Positions 27,824 through 38,700 of a stretch of DNA of 64,000 nt are shown piece by piece. Every line of letters begins with the position of its first letter. Within the stretch, counting starts at the first letter, position 1. The position numbers and the translations under genes are program-made. The DNA is taken from NCBI GenBank assembly GCA_014380365.1, contig JACMJZ010000032.1, forward strand, positions 104,860 through 168,859, read 5' to 3'. The stretch is from Pyrinomonadaceae bacterium (GTDB lineage: Bacteria > Acidobacteriota > Blastocatellia > Pyrinomonadales > Pyrinomonadaceae). The notes below the pieces were generated by a model, which did not search any database, had not been told where the DNA came from, and saw only the letters and a list, made by a program, of their open reading frames with translations.

Positions 27824-28222
27824 TTATCGATACTTAAGCCAAGCTGCTGCGAAGCCGATGGCATACGGAATCAACAACACCAACGGCAGGTCGCGAGGAT
27901 CCCTGCCTGCCAGGAGCCCTTCAGCGCGGAAGTACCCAATCGCCCAAGCCGTTACCAGAGAGAGGGGGAAGGCAATCGCCAGGGCGTAGAGCTGGATCTG
28001 ACGTTGATATTCGTCCATATTGGCGAGCATGCGCGTGTAAAGGAAAATGAATGAGGCAAATCCTAATCCCATCAACGAGGTGACCAGCAGCCGGATGGGA
28101 TGTCCCGGAGGGTAAGAGCCGCGAAGCAGAACGTGAACGACGACGAGGCCGACGGTTAGACCGCAGAAAACAAGCACAGCGGTGGAACCCTTTGACGGCT
28201 TTTCTACTTCTTTATTGGTCAT
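27824..28222 (-). CDS. four-TM membrane protein co-transcribed with the XRE regulator
   Basis: Start at the internal ATG (MTNKEVEKPSKG). Four hydrophobic helices. The small-XRE-plus-membrane-partner arrangement is common. Confidence 0.6.
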   Translation of the reverse strand: MTNKEVEKPSKGSTAVLVFCGLTVGLVVVHVLLRGSYPPGHPIRLLVTSLMGLGFASFIFLYTRMLANMDEYQRQIQLYALAIAFPLSLVTAWAIGYFRAEGLLAGRDPRDLPLVLLIPYAIGFAAAWLKYR

Positions 28223-28276
28223 TTCATCACTCCTTCCATTTGTATAGCCTTTCTTCTTGAATTTCGAGCTGGAGGG

Positions 28277-28313
28277 AGAGTAAAGCATTCCTTCCTAAAT
28301 GTCAAGTATACTT
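28277..28313 (-). promoter_or_regulatory. sigma70-like promoter with overlapping palindrome
   Basis: Minus strand: TTGACA (28305..28300), a 17-nt spacer, TACTCT (28282..28277). The perfect palindrome AAGTATACTT (28304..28313) overlaps the -35 and is a possible XRE operator. Confidence 0.3.
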
Positions 28314-28560
28314 TACATAAAGATCATAAAGATCATTAGGGACGCGGTGGCTTTCTGAGGGGCGGGATAAACTACTCAGCATCGGGATGGAGGCGAGGGG
28401 CGGGTGGAAGGGGTCCAGGAGGGAGGAAGGACCTTGAGAAGACAGAGAAAATACGCGCGTCGCTGCCCTAGGTGACCCAGTAGATGGCAGGAGACGGACA
28501 CGGTTTTTCCACGGGTAAGCGACGGGATTCACCTGCCGGGGGCTTGCAGAGCCTGGTGCG

Positions 28561-29070
28561 CTACGGCTGGCTCGTCTCGTAGATCAGCACGCGTTTGCGC
28601 CCACCCCGGCCAATGAGGTAACCGCCCAGTGCGCCGACGCCTGCGCCAACTACCGTCAAGCCCGCGGTCACTGCATGGTCGATCTTCTCAAAGCCGCTGT
28701 TGTTACTTCCGCCCGCCGCGCCCAACGCAGCGCCGGCTCCTGCTCCCACTCCGAGACCAATTAGGGTCGCTTTCGTGGCCGATTTTTTTGTGACCTGGTG
28801 AACGCTGCGAACGTCCTCTCGCTTTACCTCGACAGGTTGGTTTTTGACAGAGAGCGACAGCGCAGAGTCAGAAACACCGCTCAGCTTTCCATCAACTGTC
28901 TTTCCGTTCTTGAGTGTTACGACCAGCTTGCTTCCTGATTCAACTGCAGTGAGCCGAGACCAGTCACCGGTTGGCGCGCTCGCAGTCTGGGCAAACAACG
29001 TAACAGGAGTGAGCAAAAGGGATGCAATCAGAACCATGCTTATCGTGAGTCTTCTGCTTCCAATACACAT
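28561..29070 (-). CDS. secreted protein with C-terminal glycine-zipper segment
   Basis: Signal peptide (ISMVLIASLLLTPVTLFAQTA). C-terminal LIGLGVGAGAGAALGAAGG...GLTVVGAGVGALGGYLIG. Confidence 0.6.
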   Translation of the reverse strand: MCIGSRRLTISMVLIASLLLTPVTLFAQTASAPTGDWSRLTAVESGSKLVVTLKNGKTVDGKLSGVSDSALSLSVKNQPVEVKREDVRSVHQVTKKSATKATLIGLGVGAGAGAALGAAGGSNNSGFEKIDHAVTAGLTVVGAGVGALGGYLIGRGGRKRVLIYETSQP

Positions 29071-29376
29071 AAGATTCTCCTTTGTGAACGGGCATGCAAC
29101 GTGGGGGCAAGTATCCTCGCCGTGAGTATGGAAGAGATTCTTACATTCCGTTTCAAACAGGATTGTAATAGTTGTGTATTCCTTCTGAAGTTGCGCGCAA
29201 CTCTACCTAAGATTGTAGGGGCGTCCCTCTGTGGGCGCTCCGAATCGGGCGGAATCCAGGGACGCCGTAAAGAATTAGGGTTCTACTCAACAGGAGGGCA
29301 ACCTTGACGAGCGTCGAACTTATTTGCACTATGGCGCTGCATTAACCCACGACATTTCCAGCCGGAAGGTATCGCG

Positions 29377-30660
29377 ATGCATCTGCAAAGAGTCCTGTAC
29401 ACAGTAGCCATTGGTCTGTTTTGCCTGTTCACCGTTAACGTCGCCGCCCAGCAACCTTCGGCTTCAGGCGGGCCACGCGACGAGAAACTCTGGCAGAAAG
29501 CCCTCCAGATTCATCGCAAAGCAGTCGTCATCGATACGCACAACGATGTGACCACCCCGATGACAAACGACGACTACGATCTCAGCGGCGCACCTCCAGT
29601 GCCTTACCGCACCAGCATCGAGCGCATGAAGCAAGGGGGTGTAACAGGACTATTCTTTTCGCTCTATATCCGGCCCTGGTATGTCGCCCATGGTGGATCG
29701 ACCCGCCGCACGCTCGACATGATCGACTCGGTCTATCGAGCGGTTGAGCGCCATCCGAGCGACTTGATGTTGGCCACTTCAACGCCCGACATTCGCCGCG
29801 CGAAGAAGCAAAAGAAGATTGCGGCGTTGATGGGCATCGAGGGCGGCCATGCGATTGAGAACTCGTTGGCGACGTTACGCGTGTTTCACCGGCTGGGAGT
29901 GCGGTACATGACACTGACGTGGAACAACACTAACGATTGGGCTGACGCCGGGCGTGGCGAGAAGAAGCATCATGGTCTCTCGGCATTTGGTGAAGAGGTT
30001 GTCCGGGAGATGAATCGTTTGGGAATGCTGGTGGACGTCAGCCATGTTTCTGACGAGACCATGAGCGATGCGCTCGACGTTTCGAAAGCGCCGATCATCG
30101 CTTCGCATTCATCGGCTCGCGCGCTTAGCAACGTGCCGCGAAATATTCCAGACGACTTGTTGCGACGCATCGCAAAGAATGGCGGCGTGGTGCAGGTAAA
30201 CTTCTACAGTGTCTTCGTCGACGCCGCGACCGTTACGCCGCAAAACAACGAACGCAATCGCCGCCTGAAAGCACAACAAGACGCGCTCGACGAGAAATAT
30301 AAAAACGACCCTGAGCGATTGGCGGAGGAAAGCGACAAACTTGACGCATCAAGTCCCCTTCCGCCGCTCCCGATTTCGAAGTTGATTGATCACATCGATC
30401 ATATCGTGAAGGTAGCTGGCGTCGATCATGTCGGCCTTGGTCCGGACTTTGACGGCGCTGTCGATATGCCTGAAGGCGCCCAGGACGTTTCGATGTTGCC
30501 CAATATCACCTATGAACTCCTCAAACGCGGCTACAGCGAGAAAGACATTCGCAAAGTGCTGGGTGAGAATTTTCTGCGAGCGTTTGCCGAAGCCGAGCGA
30601 GTTAGTAAAAGTTTGAGCAAGACGATCAGCGCTGACGGGAGTCTGAAAAGAATCAAGTGA
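29377..30660 (+). CDS. membrane dipeptidase (peptidase M19)
   Basis: Signal peptide, VIDTHNDV, MGIEGGHAIENSLATLRVFHRLGVRYMTLTWNNTNDWAD, and VDVSHVSD. Confidence 0.9.
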   Translation: MHLQRVLYTVAIGLFCLFTVNVAAQQPSASGGPRDEKLWQKALQIHRKAVVIDTHNDVTTPMTNDDYDLSGAPPVPYRTSIERMKQGGVTGLFFSLYIRPWYVAHGGSTRRTLDMIDSVYRAVERHPSDLMLATSTPDIRRAKKQKKIAALMGIEGGHAIENSLATLRVFHRLGVRYMTLTWNNTNDWADAGRGEKKHHGLSAFGEEVVREMNRLGMLVDVSHVSDETMSDALDVSKAPIIASHSSARALSNVPRNIPDDLLRRIAKNGGVVQVNFYSVFVDAATVTPQNNERNRRLKAQQDALDEKYKNDPERLAEESDKLDASSPLPPLPISKLIDHIDHIVKVAGVDHVGLGPDFDGAVDMPEGAQDVSMLPNITYELLKRGYSEKDIRKVLGENFLRAFAEAERVSKSLSKTISADGSLKRIK

Positions 30661-30686
30661 GAATTGGCAGGTTACAGACAGGACAA

Positions 30687-30760
30687 ACCACAAAGACACA
30701 AAGACACGAAGGTTTAGTTAAGACTGTATGCTTGTCTTTGTGCCTTCGTGTCTTTGTGGT
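30687..30760. repeat. imperfect hairpin of CACAAAGACAC words
   Basis: ACCACAAAGACACAAAGACACGAAGG (30687..30712) against CTTGTCTTTGTGCCTTCGTGTCTTTGTGGT (30731..30760). Same word family as 4030..4105. Confidence 0.7.
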
Positions 30761-30794
30761 AAATGCTGGCCGCTAATGTTCCCCGCGGAGCTCG

Positions 30795-31064
30795 TTATTC
30801 GCCTTGTGTCGGATCGGGCCTTCGATCGGATCCCTGATTCGACTGGCTATCATCCCGATTTTGTCCCTCGCCTCCAGAATATCCTCCCGGATTTTCCTGG
30901 CTTTGGCCGGAACCCTGTATGCCGCCGCCCTGACCGGCAGTCTCACTCGGAGAGTTTGCCGACCTGTCCTGGCCCTGAGCTCCGGCGTTCGCGGCCGCGC
31001 CCATCGCCTTTCCCTGGTCCTGTTCATTTTGTTGATTCTGATTCGTCGATTTCTCGTCTGGCAT
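30795..31064 (-). CDS. small Gln/Gly/Asn/Ser-rich intrinsically disordered protein
   Basis: MPDEKSTNQNQQNEQDQGKAMGAAANAGAQGQDRSANSPSETAGQGGG... A GGAGGG lies 4 nt upstream of ATG 31064. Confidence 0.5.
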   Translation of the reverse strand: MPDEKSTNQNQQNEQDQGKAMGAAANAGAQGQDRSANSPSETAGQGGGIQGSGQSQENPGGYSGGEGQNRDDSQSNQGSDRRPDPTQGE

Positions 31065-31232
31065 AAACACCCTCCTGATTGATGAAGTTTCCGGCCAAAC
31101 TGAATTGCCGATTTAGTGGGGCTTGAACTATCAACGGCTGTGCCACTCGCTTCTCGGGAGAATTCGGCGTTACCACGTCGCGAAAGTGATTGTGAGACAT
31201 ACACGCCGTGAAAAAATCAATACACAGCTCAA

Positions 31233-32459
31233 GTGATCGTGCCGCGCAAGGATAGGTCCGCAGCCGCGTGTTACAATTCCTCCACATTGAAGCCGGCCGG
31301 AATCTATATTCACATACCGTTTTGCCGCTCGCGTTGTTCTTACTGCGACTTCGCCACCGGAATGTACAGCGCACCGCTGGCGGAGCGTTATGTTTCAGGC
31401 GTGGCGCGCGAGATCCACTCATGGCTCGAAACGAAAGAAGCAGCGGCCTCAGATAACGTTGATCTTGAGCCGGACAGGATCAAGGTCGACACTATTTATT
31501 TTGGCGGCGGTACGCCATCCCTGCTTTCTCCCGCGCAGTTAAGAACTTTACTCACCGCGGTGCGGAGTCGTTTTAACGTCGGCCACGACGTTGAGATCAC
31601 TATGGAGATGAATCCGGGCACGGTGACTCCGGAAACGCTTTTGAGCTTTCGCGAGCTGGGTGTAAACCGCGCGAGCTTTGGCGCCCAGACATTTGACGAT
31701 GCCGAACTCGCACGCCTCGGCCGTTCCCACACTGCTGCCGACACGCGCCGGACTTTTAGTCAGCTTCGCGATGCCGGCTTCGAAAATGTCAGCTTCGACC
31801 TGATTGCCGGGTTGCCGGGCCAGTCTCTCGACGGCTGGCAGCGAAATCTAGACGAAGCGTTCGCGTTGCGGCCTGAACACCTTTCGTTCTACCTGCTGGA
31901 GGTGCATCAGGGAACGCCGCTGGCCGAACACATAAGTCGCGGTTTGCAACCCAAGGCTGATGAAGATCTGGCGGCGGAGATGTACGAAGTAATGCTCGAG
32001 CGAGCCGGCGACGCGGGCTACCGGCACTACGAGATTTCAAATCTGAGTTTGCCTGGATTTGAATCGCGGCATAACACTAAGTACTGGACAGGTGCGCCTT
32101 ACTTTGGTTTTGGGTGTTCCGCTCATTCCTACGATGGTGCGTTTCGGCGGTGGGCCAACGAGCGGGATATCGTTCGTTATCTTGAATTGATCGAGACTGA
32201 TCATTCGGCAGTCGTGGATGACACTAAACTGACTGACAGCGACCGTCAGGCCGAAGCGGTCTTTCTCGGGCTGAGGATGATGCAGGGCTTAAGCCTGAGT
32301 GGCTACCAGCGGCTTTTCGGTATTGACCTGAGCGCGGAACATGAAAACGATCTGGCGAGTTTTCGCGAGGCTGGCTTGATCGAATGCAACGGCGACCGGC
32401 TCAAGCTCACGCGTGCCGGCGCGTTGCTTTCCAACGAAGTGTTCGCGGCCTTTGTATAG
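31233..32459 (+). CDS. hemW: radical SAM heme chaperone HemW (HemN-like)
   Basis: GIYIHIPFCRSRCSYCDF (CxxxCxxC) with the HemN C-terminal domain pattern. The start is ambiguous (GTG 31233 or TTG 31287). Confidence 0.85.
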   Translation: MIVPRKDRSAAACYNSSTLKPAGIYIHIPFCRSRCSYCDFATGMYSAPLAERYVSGVAREIHSWLETKEAAASDNVDLEPDRIKVDTIYFGGGTPSLLSPAQLRTLLTAVRSRFNVGHDVEITMEMNPGTVTPETLLSFRELGVNRASFGAQTFDDAELARLGRSHTAADTRRTFSQLRDAGFENVSFDLIAGLPGQSLDGWQRNLDEAFALRPEHLSFYLLEVHQGTPLAEHISRGLQPKADEDLAAEMYEVMLERAGDAGYRHYEISNLSLPGFESRHNTKYWTGAPYFGFGCSAHSYDGAFRRWANERDIVRYLELIETDHSAVVDDTKLTDSDRQAEAVFLGLRMMQGLSLSGYQRLFGIDLSAEHENDLASFREAGLIECNGDRLKLTRAGALLSNEVFAAFV

Positions 32460-32467
32460 AGTCAAGC

Positions 32468-32535
32468 AGTTCAGAGTTCAAACTTTAGTTTGCTCGGTTT
32501 CGCCAAAAGACAAGCTCAAGCTTGAACTCTGAACT
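32468..32535. repeat. 14-bp perfect inverted repeat AGTTCAGAGTTCAA
   Basis: 32468..32481 pairs with 32522..32535. Lies just upstream of the cmk start. Related words (ACTCTGAACT) occur at 45171..45230. Confidence 0.65.
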
Positions 32536-32558
32536 ACTTGAACGAGCCCTACACCAGG

Positions 32559-33245
32559 ATGAATAAGAATCTGATCATTGCTATCGACGGCCCATCCGGC
32601 GCCGGCAAGTCAACCCTGGGCCGCATGCTGGCACGGGCACTTAATCTTCTCTACATTGATACAGGTTCAATGTATCGCGCTGTGGCGCTGGCGGTGATGG
32701 AGTCGAGCCTGAGCGCAAAGGATGATGTGGCGGTAGGCGCTCTGGCTGGTCGTGTCGATATCGACCTCGAGGGCGACCCTGATTCTTTGAGGGTGACTCT
32801 GGAGGGTCGCGATGTCAGCGACGAGATTCGTTCCGAAGAAGTTACTGAGATGTCGTCAATTATCTCAACTATTCCCGCCGTGCGACGTGCAATGGTTGAG
32901 CGGCAACGCGAACTGGGACAGCGTGGCGCGGTGCTAAACGGGCGTGACATCGGCACGGTTGTGTTTCCCGATGCCCACGTGAAGTTTTTTCTCACCGCGT
33001 TGCCCAATGAGCGCGCGGAAAGACGTTTTCATGAGGACCGGACTCAGAATCCGAACGTGGATTTTGAGGAGACGTTTGCAGATATGAAGGAACGCGATCG
33101 GCGTGACTCCACGCGCGCGGATTCGCCGCTGAAGAGCGCGGACGATGCGATCCTTGTCGACTCGACCGGGTTATCGATCGATGAAGTGTTTGAAACGATG
33201 ATGTCGGTCGTCCAGGGGAAGAGCGGGGTCAGGCCCCCTTCCTGA
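32559..33245 (+). CDS. cmk: cytidylate kinase
   Basis: IIAIDGPSGAGKSTLGRMLARALNLLYIDTGSMYRAVAL. The last 6-8 codons and the TGA lie inside the repeat arm 33223..33246. Confidence 0.9.
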   Translation: MNKNLIIAIDGPSGAGKSTLGRMLARALNLLYIDTGSMYRAVALAVMESSLSAKDDVAVGALAGRVDIDLEGDPDSLRVTLEGRDVSDEIRSEEVTEMSSIISTIPAVRRAMVERQRELGQRGAVLNGRDIGTVVFPDAHVKFFLTALPNERAERRFHEDRTQNPNVDFEETFADMKERDRRDSTRADSPLKSADDAILVDSTGLSIDEVFETMMSVVQGKSGVRPPS

Positions 33246-33357
33246 CTGCGAGATTCTCCTACACGAATCTGAGAGCTCGGCTTGAAAGACGTTCAAGCTA
33301 GAATGGAAGAGGAGCGTTACATCATCTCGAAGGTTAGGAAGGCGGGCTTGCCCCCGC
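33223..33357. repeat. MITE-like element, same family as 23279..23407
   Basis: Arms GCGGGGTCAGGCCCCCTTCCTGAC (33223..33246) and GTTAGGAAGGCGGGCTTGCCCCCGC (33333..33357). The ~86-nt spacer begins TGCGAGATT, like the other copy (TTCGAGATT). Confidence 0.75.
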
Positions 33358-33508
33358 TCTTAAACTTATGAAACTCACTAATTTTTCATTTAAACGCGAG
33401 CCAGCGTGGATCTTGTTGTTTTCGCTTGGGCCGGCAGCCCTTGGACTTCTGATCGTCTTGATTGTTTGGTTCATGCGATAGAACAAATCCGCAATTCGAA
33501 ATTCACGT

Positions 33509-34102
33509 ATGTTTACCGGAATCATCGAAGAACTCGGTCGCGTCAGAAGCGTGGAAGCGCTGGGCGAGAACGCGCGCATCGTGATCGCAGCGCACACGGT
33601 GACTGAAGACACAAAGCACGGCGACTCGATCGCAGTGAACGGAGTTTGCCTGACGGCCCTCGATGTCCAGCCGGATTCGTTTGCCGCGGATGTCTCGCGC
33701 GAGACACTGGAGCGTTCCACGATCGGGAAACTACGACCCGGCGCGGCGGTAAATCTCGAGCGAGCTGTGACACCGCTAACTCGTCTCGGCGGACACATCG
33801 TGCAGGGCCATGTAGATGCGCGTGGGAAGTTTCTCAGTGCGACGGATCTCAATGGCTCATGGACGGTGCGCATCGCTTACCCGTCGGAGATTGCGCGTTA
33901 TCTTGTCTTCAAAGGATCCGTCTCGGTTGAGGGAATCAGCCTCACGATCGCAGCTTTGCATGAAGATCATTTCGAAATCGCCGTCATCCCCAAGACCTGG
34001 GAAGTTACAAACTTTTCCCATTTGCAGGCCGGAGATGACGTGAATCTCGAAGTCGATGTGATTGCGAAATACGTCGAACGAATCCTTCAGTTTTCCAAGT
34101 GA
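33509..34102 (+). CDS. ribE: riboflavin synthase
   Basis: [12 protein letters not shown]... with the two-lobed lumazine-binding repeat ([12 protein letters not shown] / [11 protein letters not shown]). Confidence 0.95.
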   Translation: MFTGIIEELGRVRSVEALGENARIVIAAHTVTEDTKHGDSIAVNGVCLTALDVQPDSFAADVSRETLERSTIGKLRPGAAVNLERAVTPLTRLGGHIVQGHVDARGKFLSATDLNGSWTVRIAYPSEIARYLVFKGSVSVEGISLTIAALHEDHFEIAVIPKTWEVTNFSHLQAGDDVNLEVDVIAKYVERILQFSK

Positions 34103-34113
34103 TTACATAACAA

Positions 34114-34224
34114 GTTAGAACCGCCTGCGGTAGCGGGCGGGCCTGAGTTAACCACTCACTGACCTAAAGTCACTAAACGTTTCAACCGACTGATTGCCCG
34201 CCCGCTACCGCAGGCGGTTCTGAC
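34114..34224. repeat. 29-bp near-perfect inverted repeat, ACCGCCTGCGGTAGCGGGCGGG family
   Basis: Arms at 34114..34142 and 34196..34224 (1 mismatch) with a 53-nt loop. Lies between ribE and ribBA. Confidence 0.8.
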
Positions 34225-34340
34225 AAGGCCGCCTAAGCCTGCCGCATAGTCGCCAAAATTCAAGCCTCCATGCAAAGTCACAGGTTTTTGGGTTAACATG
34301 GCCTTTGGAATTTCAGATCTCAGATTCAAGATTTAAGAAG

Positions 34341-35540
34341 ATGACATTTGCCACTATTGAAGGCGCCGTCGCAGACATACGCGAAGGGCGCATGATCATC
34401 ATCATCGACGACGAAGATCGCGAGAACGAAGGCGATCTGGTATGCGCCGCGGAGAAGACCACGCCTGAGATTATTAACTTCATGGCCCGCCACGCGCGCG
34501 GCCTAATTTGTCTGCCGTTGACCGAAGAACGCTGCGATGAGTTGCACCTCACTACTCAAGTGGCTGACAACACGTCATTCCTCGGCACCGCGTTCACAGT
34601 TTCCATCGACGCACGCAAGGGCGTGACTACCGGAATCTCTGCTGCCGATCGCGCGACTACAATTCTGGCGGCGGTGGATCCCCATACTCGTCCGCAGGAC
34701 ATCGCCCGGCCCGGTCACATCTTTCCCCTGCGGGCTAAAAATGGCGGCGTGCTGGTGCGCCCCGGCCAGACCGAAGCCAGCGTGGACATAGCACGCATTG
34801 CCGGACTTTACCCGGCGGGCGTCATCTGCGAAATCATGAATGAAGATGGAACGATGGCGCGTCTTCCTGAGTTGAAAGAATTTGCCAGGCTGCACAACCT
34901 GAAAATGGTCACCGTTGCTGATCTCGTCAGATACCGCATTAGTAAAGAGACTCTGATCAAGCGGGCGGTGGAGACGGACCTGCCTACTGTCTATGGCCGA
35001 TTCCGCGCGGTTGCTTATGAAAACATCATCAACGGCGATGTCCACCTCGCCATGGTGATGGGCAACGTCGCCACGGAAGATCCGGTGCTGGTGCGCGTGC
35101 ACACTGAGAACGTCACCTGCGACATGTTTGGTTCGCTTATTGACGACACGGGATTTCAGCTGCACACGGCGCTGGAGAAAATCGCCGCCGCCGGACAGGG
35201 CGTCGTGCTTTACCTGCGCCAGCGCGAACACAGTCTCGATCTCGTGAATCAGCTCAGAACGTACGCGTTGATGCAGGAGCAAAGTGTCAGCAAGCGCGAG
35301 GCGAGTCTGGAAACGGGTTATGGGTTGGTGCGCGACTATGGCGTGGGTGCGCAAATCCTTCATGACCTGGGACTACGTCGTATACTATTGTTGACGAATC
35401 ATCCCCCGAAAGTCGCAGCCCTCGAAGGTTTCGCACTTGAGGTGGTCGACAATGTGGCCCTGGGCCAGCCGGCACATCTCAAGGATTCATTGGCAGAACG
35501 AAAGCAACCGTTGCCCGAAGAGAAAGCGCAACGGAGCTGA
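34341..35540 (+). CDS. ribBA: bifunctional 3,4-dihydroxy-2-butanone-4-phosphate synthase / GTP cyclohydrolase II
   Basis: [15 protein letters not shown] (RibB) and the GTP cyclohydrolase II half ([15 protein letters not shown]...). Start taken at ATG 34341. Confidence 0.95.
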   Translation: MTFATIEGAVADIREGRMIIIIDDEDRENEGDLVCAAEKTTPEIINFMARHARGLICLPLTEERCDELHLTTQVADNTSFLGTAFTVSIDARKGVTTGISAADRATTILAAVDPHTRPQDIARPGHIFPLRAKNGGVLVRPGQTEASVDIARIAGLYPAGVICEIMNEDGTMARLPELKEFARLHNLKMVTVADLVRYRISKETLIKRAVETDLPTVYGRFRAVAYENIINGDVHLAMVMGNVATEDPVLVRVHTENVTCDMFGSLIDDTGFQLHTALEKIAAAGQGVVLYLRQREHSLDLVNQLRTYALMQEQSVSKREASLETGYGLVRDYGVGAQILHDLGLRRILLLTNHPPKVAALEGFALEVVDNVALGQPAHLKDSLAERKQPLPEEKAQRS

Positions 35541-35606
35541 AGATTAGTTCTATAGTGGCTCGCGAGGCTCTTGAGAATTTTCCCTCTCCCATCTTGAAGT
35601 ACGGTA

Positions 35607-35720
35607 GGACAGACACTCTTGTCTGTCCCGAAGATTGATTGGACAGGATTAACAAGACTCACAAGATTGGAAAAACCATTAAACTGGTTCCCTTATCTTG
35701 TTCATCTTGTTAATCCTGTC
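35607..35720. repeat. two hairpins of GGACAG words
   Basis: GGACAGAC-ACTCTT-GTCTGTCC (35607..35628). A 16-bp perfect stem GACAGGATTAACAAGA (35642..35657) pairs with 35705..35720. Confidence 0.7.
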
Positions 35721-35788
35721 AAATCGTTCCAAGAAACGACAGGCAGGAATGCGAGTCGTACTAAACCACCTTCGCCGGCTCTAGTGTT

Positions 35789-38700
35789 ATGAGTGTAGAC
35801 GATCGCGACAACGGTCCCGGGAAAGACTCGTCCCCATCCGGAAGTTCACCGAATAATTCGGCGAACGATCAGGAGATTGCTGAGGCCCTGCAGTCCAAGA
35901 CTGACGAGCCACTGCCGCCGGTTGCCGAAGTCATTGCCGAGCGCGACGCCCAAAGCAAACATCCCGTAACTCCGCAGGGCCGCCGCCGTCGTTATCTGAA
36001 TCAACGCAACCTCGTAATCGCGACAATCTTCGGCGCCGTTGGCATCGTAGCCTTAATCCTGCTGATCTTTCTGGCGTACAAACTCGGCTACACGGATCGC
36101 TACGTGGCGGGCCAGATCAAAGAGACGTTTGCGAAGTATGGCATTCGCGCGGAGATCAAAGAGTTTCATGCCGGCTTCCCACCGCAAACTGTCGAGATGT
36201 CAGGACTGGAACTTTTCGACGCTCAGACAGGAGAGAAGCTCGGGAAAATTGATCGACTGTCGGCGACTGTACGCATCGAGGATCTCTACGCTTTCAATCT
36301 GCAACGAAACATCAATCTCAAAGAACTCAAGATCGAGGGACTCGAAGCATGGGTCACATTTGATGCGCAGGGCAACTCAAACTTTCGCAACATCCGCATT
36401 CCCGCGCCCGAGCCCAACAAGAACATCCTATTCGCCTACTCCACCGCCTTCGTCCAAATAAAGAATGGTGTCATTCACTATGGCGATGCGCGTCATGAAA
36501 TTTCGGGCGAAGCTCGCAATCTCAACGCCACTGTCCAACCCGACGATCCCTCCGCGCCGGCTGCCAGCTGGATGAACACCGTAGTCCTCGGGCTCTCAAA
36601 TTCCACCTTCACTTACGACGGTCGCGCCGTTGACAACATCGGAGTCGAAGCTCGCGGACGCATAAATCAGACGCGCGCCGAGATCCAGTCGCTCGTGATC
36701 AAGTCGCCGCTGGCCGAAGCGCAGCTGAATGGGACGATGGACGACTGGCGCGCGCTTCGTTATCAGATGAACATCACTTCTTCCGTCGATCTTACGCAGC
36801 TCTCCGACCTGCTGCAGGCGGGCACGACCCTGCGTGGGGCCGGAAATTTTGCGGGCACGGTTACCGGCGAAGGCGATAATTACAAGGTTGACGGCAGCAT
36901 CAAGTCAGACGCGCTGGCGGCTGACGGCCTGCGCCTGCAAGGCCTGAATGTTACTGCCCGTGGCACGGGCCAAGGCAAGAGCTACGATCTGAACGGCAGC
37001 GCAGTGGCGGCTTTGCTCACGGCCGGCGACTTCCAACTCAACAACGTGCAACTTGTTGGCGGCGTGATGGGCACCGGCTCGGATTTTAGCTGGATCGGTG
37101 ACTTGCGCGCAGCCGCCGAGCGAAGTTACGGGACGACCATCACGAATTTGATACTGCAGGAGGCGCGGGCCGAGATGAACGACGGCGTGCTGACGGCTTC
37201 GTCGAGTCAATTTACGGCCGGCAGTCTGGCTAGTTCCGGCGCACGGGTTAACGGCATCACCGCTTCGGATTTACGTCTGCGCAGCGAAGGGGATTCCGCC
37301 ACGGCGTCGGTTTCCAAAGTGAAGGCGGGGACAATCGTCGGCTCCGGGGCGACGGTTAAAGGTGTCACGGCAAACAACGTGGACATCGCCAGCCGGGGTG
37401 GCGTGACGAGCGTAGTTGTAAAGGACGTGCAGGTTGGCGGAGCGAATGCCGCTGGAGCCGAGATTGGCAGCATCAGCATCGCGGGGGTACGGCTGTCCGT
37501 TCGTGGCGGACGGATGGAAGGGTCAACTGCGGACATCAATGCCGGCACAGTGAAACTTGCCGACGGCCAGGTGGAAAACGTGAAGCTGGCAAAGCCAGTC
37601 TTTGTCGTTGAGCCATCTGGCAGGTATCGAGCCAGCGCCGATTTGAGTCTCGGTGGGGGCATGCTGGGCCAGATGAACATGGGCCAGGCCAGCGCGAAGG
37701 TAGTAGTTACCAACACCGAGCTGCAACTCAACAACTTCGACGCCGACATCTTTCGCGGCAAGGCAAATGGCAACGCGAGAATAGCAATTGCCCGCGGCGG
37801 CACGTCACGCATCGCCGCCACCTTTGCCGACGTGGACGTTTCCGGACCGTTCACCGCCTTTGCCGGCGCTGCTGTCCCGCTTGCGGGCCGCGCGAGCGGC
37901 AGGATTGACCTGGCGTTTCCCGGCACCAATTTCCACCAGGCGACTGGAACACTGAATACCACCTTCACCGGACAGGACATCGGAGTGGACGGACGCGTGC
38001 CACTGTCAGGCGAGGTGGCAGTACGCGCCGATAAGGGTTTATTCAATATTGAAAAGGTTGATCTGCAAACCGCCGCGACCAAACTCAGGGCGACGGGACA
38101 GTTTTCCTTCACCGCTGATTCAAATCTTCAGGTCGACCTGAATTCCACCGACGCGGCGGAGTTGCAGGCGGTCTTGATCTCTTCGGGCCTGCTGCCGGAT
38201 GTGGAAGAGCAGATGCGCAGCTATGGGATTGACCTCGGCGGGCAGTTGGCTTTCAACGGGAGTCTAAAAGGAAAACTGACTTCGCCGGATATCGACGGGC
38301 GCGTCTCGCTGAGCACTCTCCTAATTAATGGAAAGGACCTTGGCGCCTTGTCCGCATCGCTCCGGATGACGGCGGCAGAGATGCGCATCGACGATGGACG
38401 CCTGACGGAAAGTGACGGCGGCGGGATGCAGTTTACGCTTGACGCCCCGCGCACCGGCGAAAACAACATCACGCTTAACGCCACGCTCGACCGCGTCAAC
38501 GCGGGCAACCTGCTCGCAGCGCTCCCGCTCAACAAGAACACCCGGGAACAGTTTGGCGACACTGTGGCTGATGCATCTGGTCAAATAAAGATAACTGGAA
38601 TTCCCGGCGCGATGAGCGGCAGCGCTGATTTGGCATTTGGTCCGGGCCGCCTCGCCGGCGAACCGCTCGAGGGCCTGGTCGCGCGCGCTACGTTCAGCGG

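Noticed and set aside
33358-34340. Looked for an FMN riboswitch upstream of ribE and ribBA
   Set aside because: I could not find the conserved FMN-element core sequences by eye. The ribE-ribBA gap is occupied by the 29-bp inverted-repeat element. An Infernal scan would be needed to be certain.
34575-35363. 262-aa minus-strand ORF inside ribBA
   Set aside because: It is antisense to an unambiguous RibBA sequence, and it has no motifs.
37207-38112. 301-aa minus-strand ORF inside tamB
   Set aside because: Antisense shadow ORF with a Pro/Ser/Ala/Thr-rich low-information sequence. The plus-strand TamB frame is continuous for 1657 codons.
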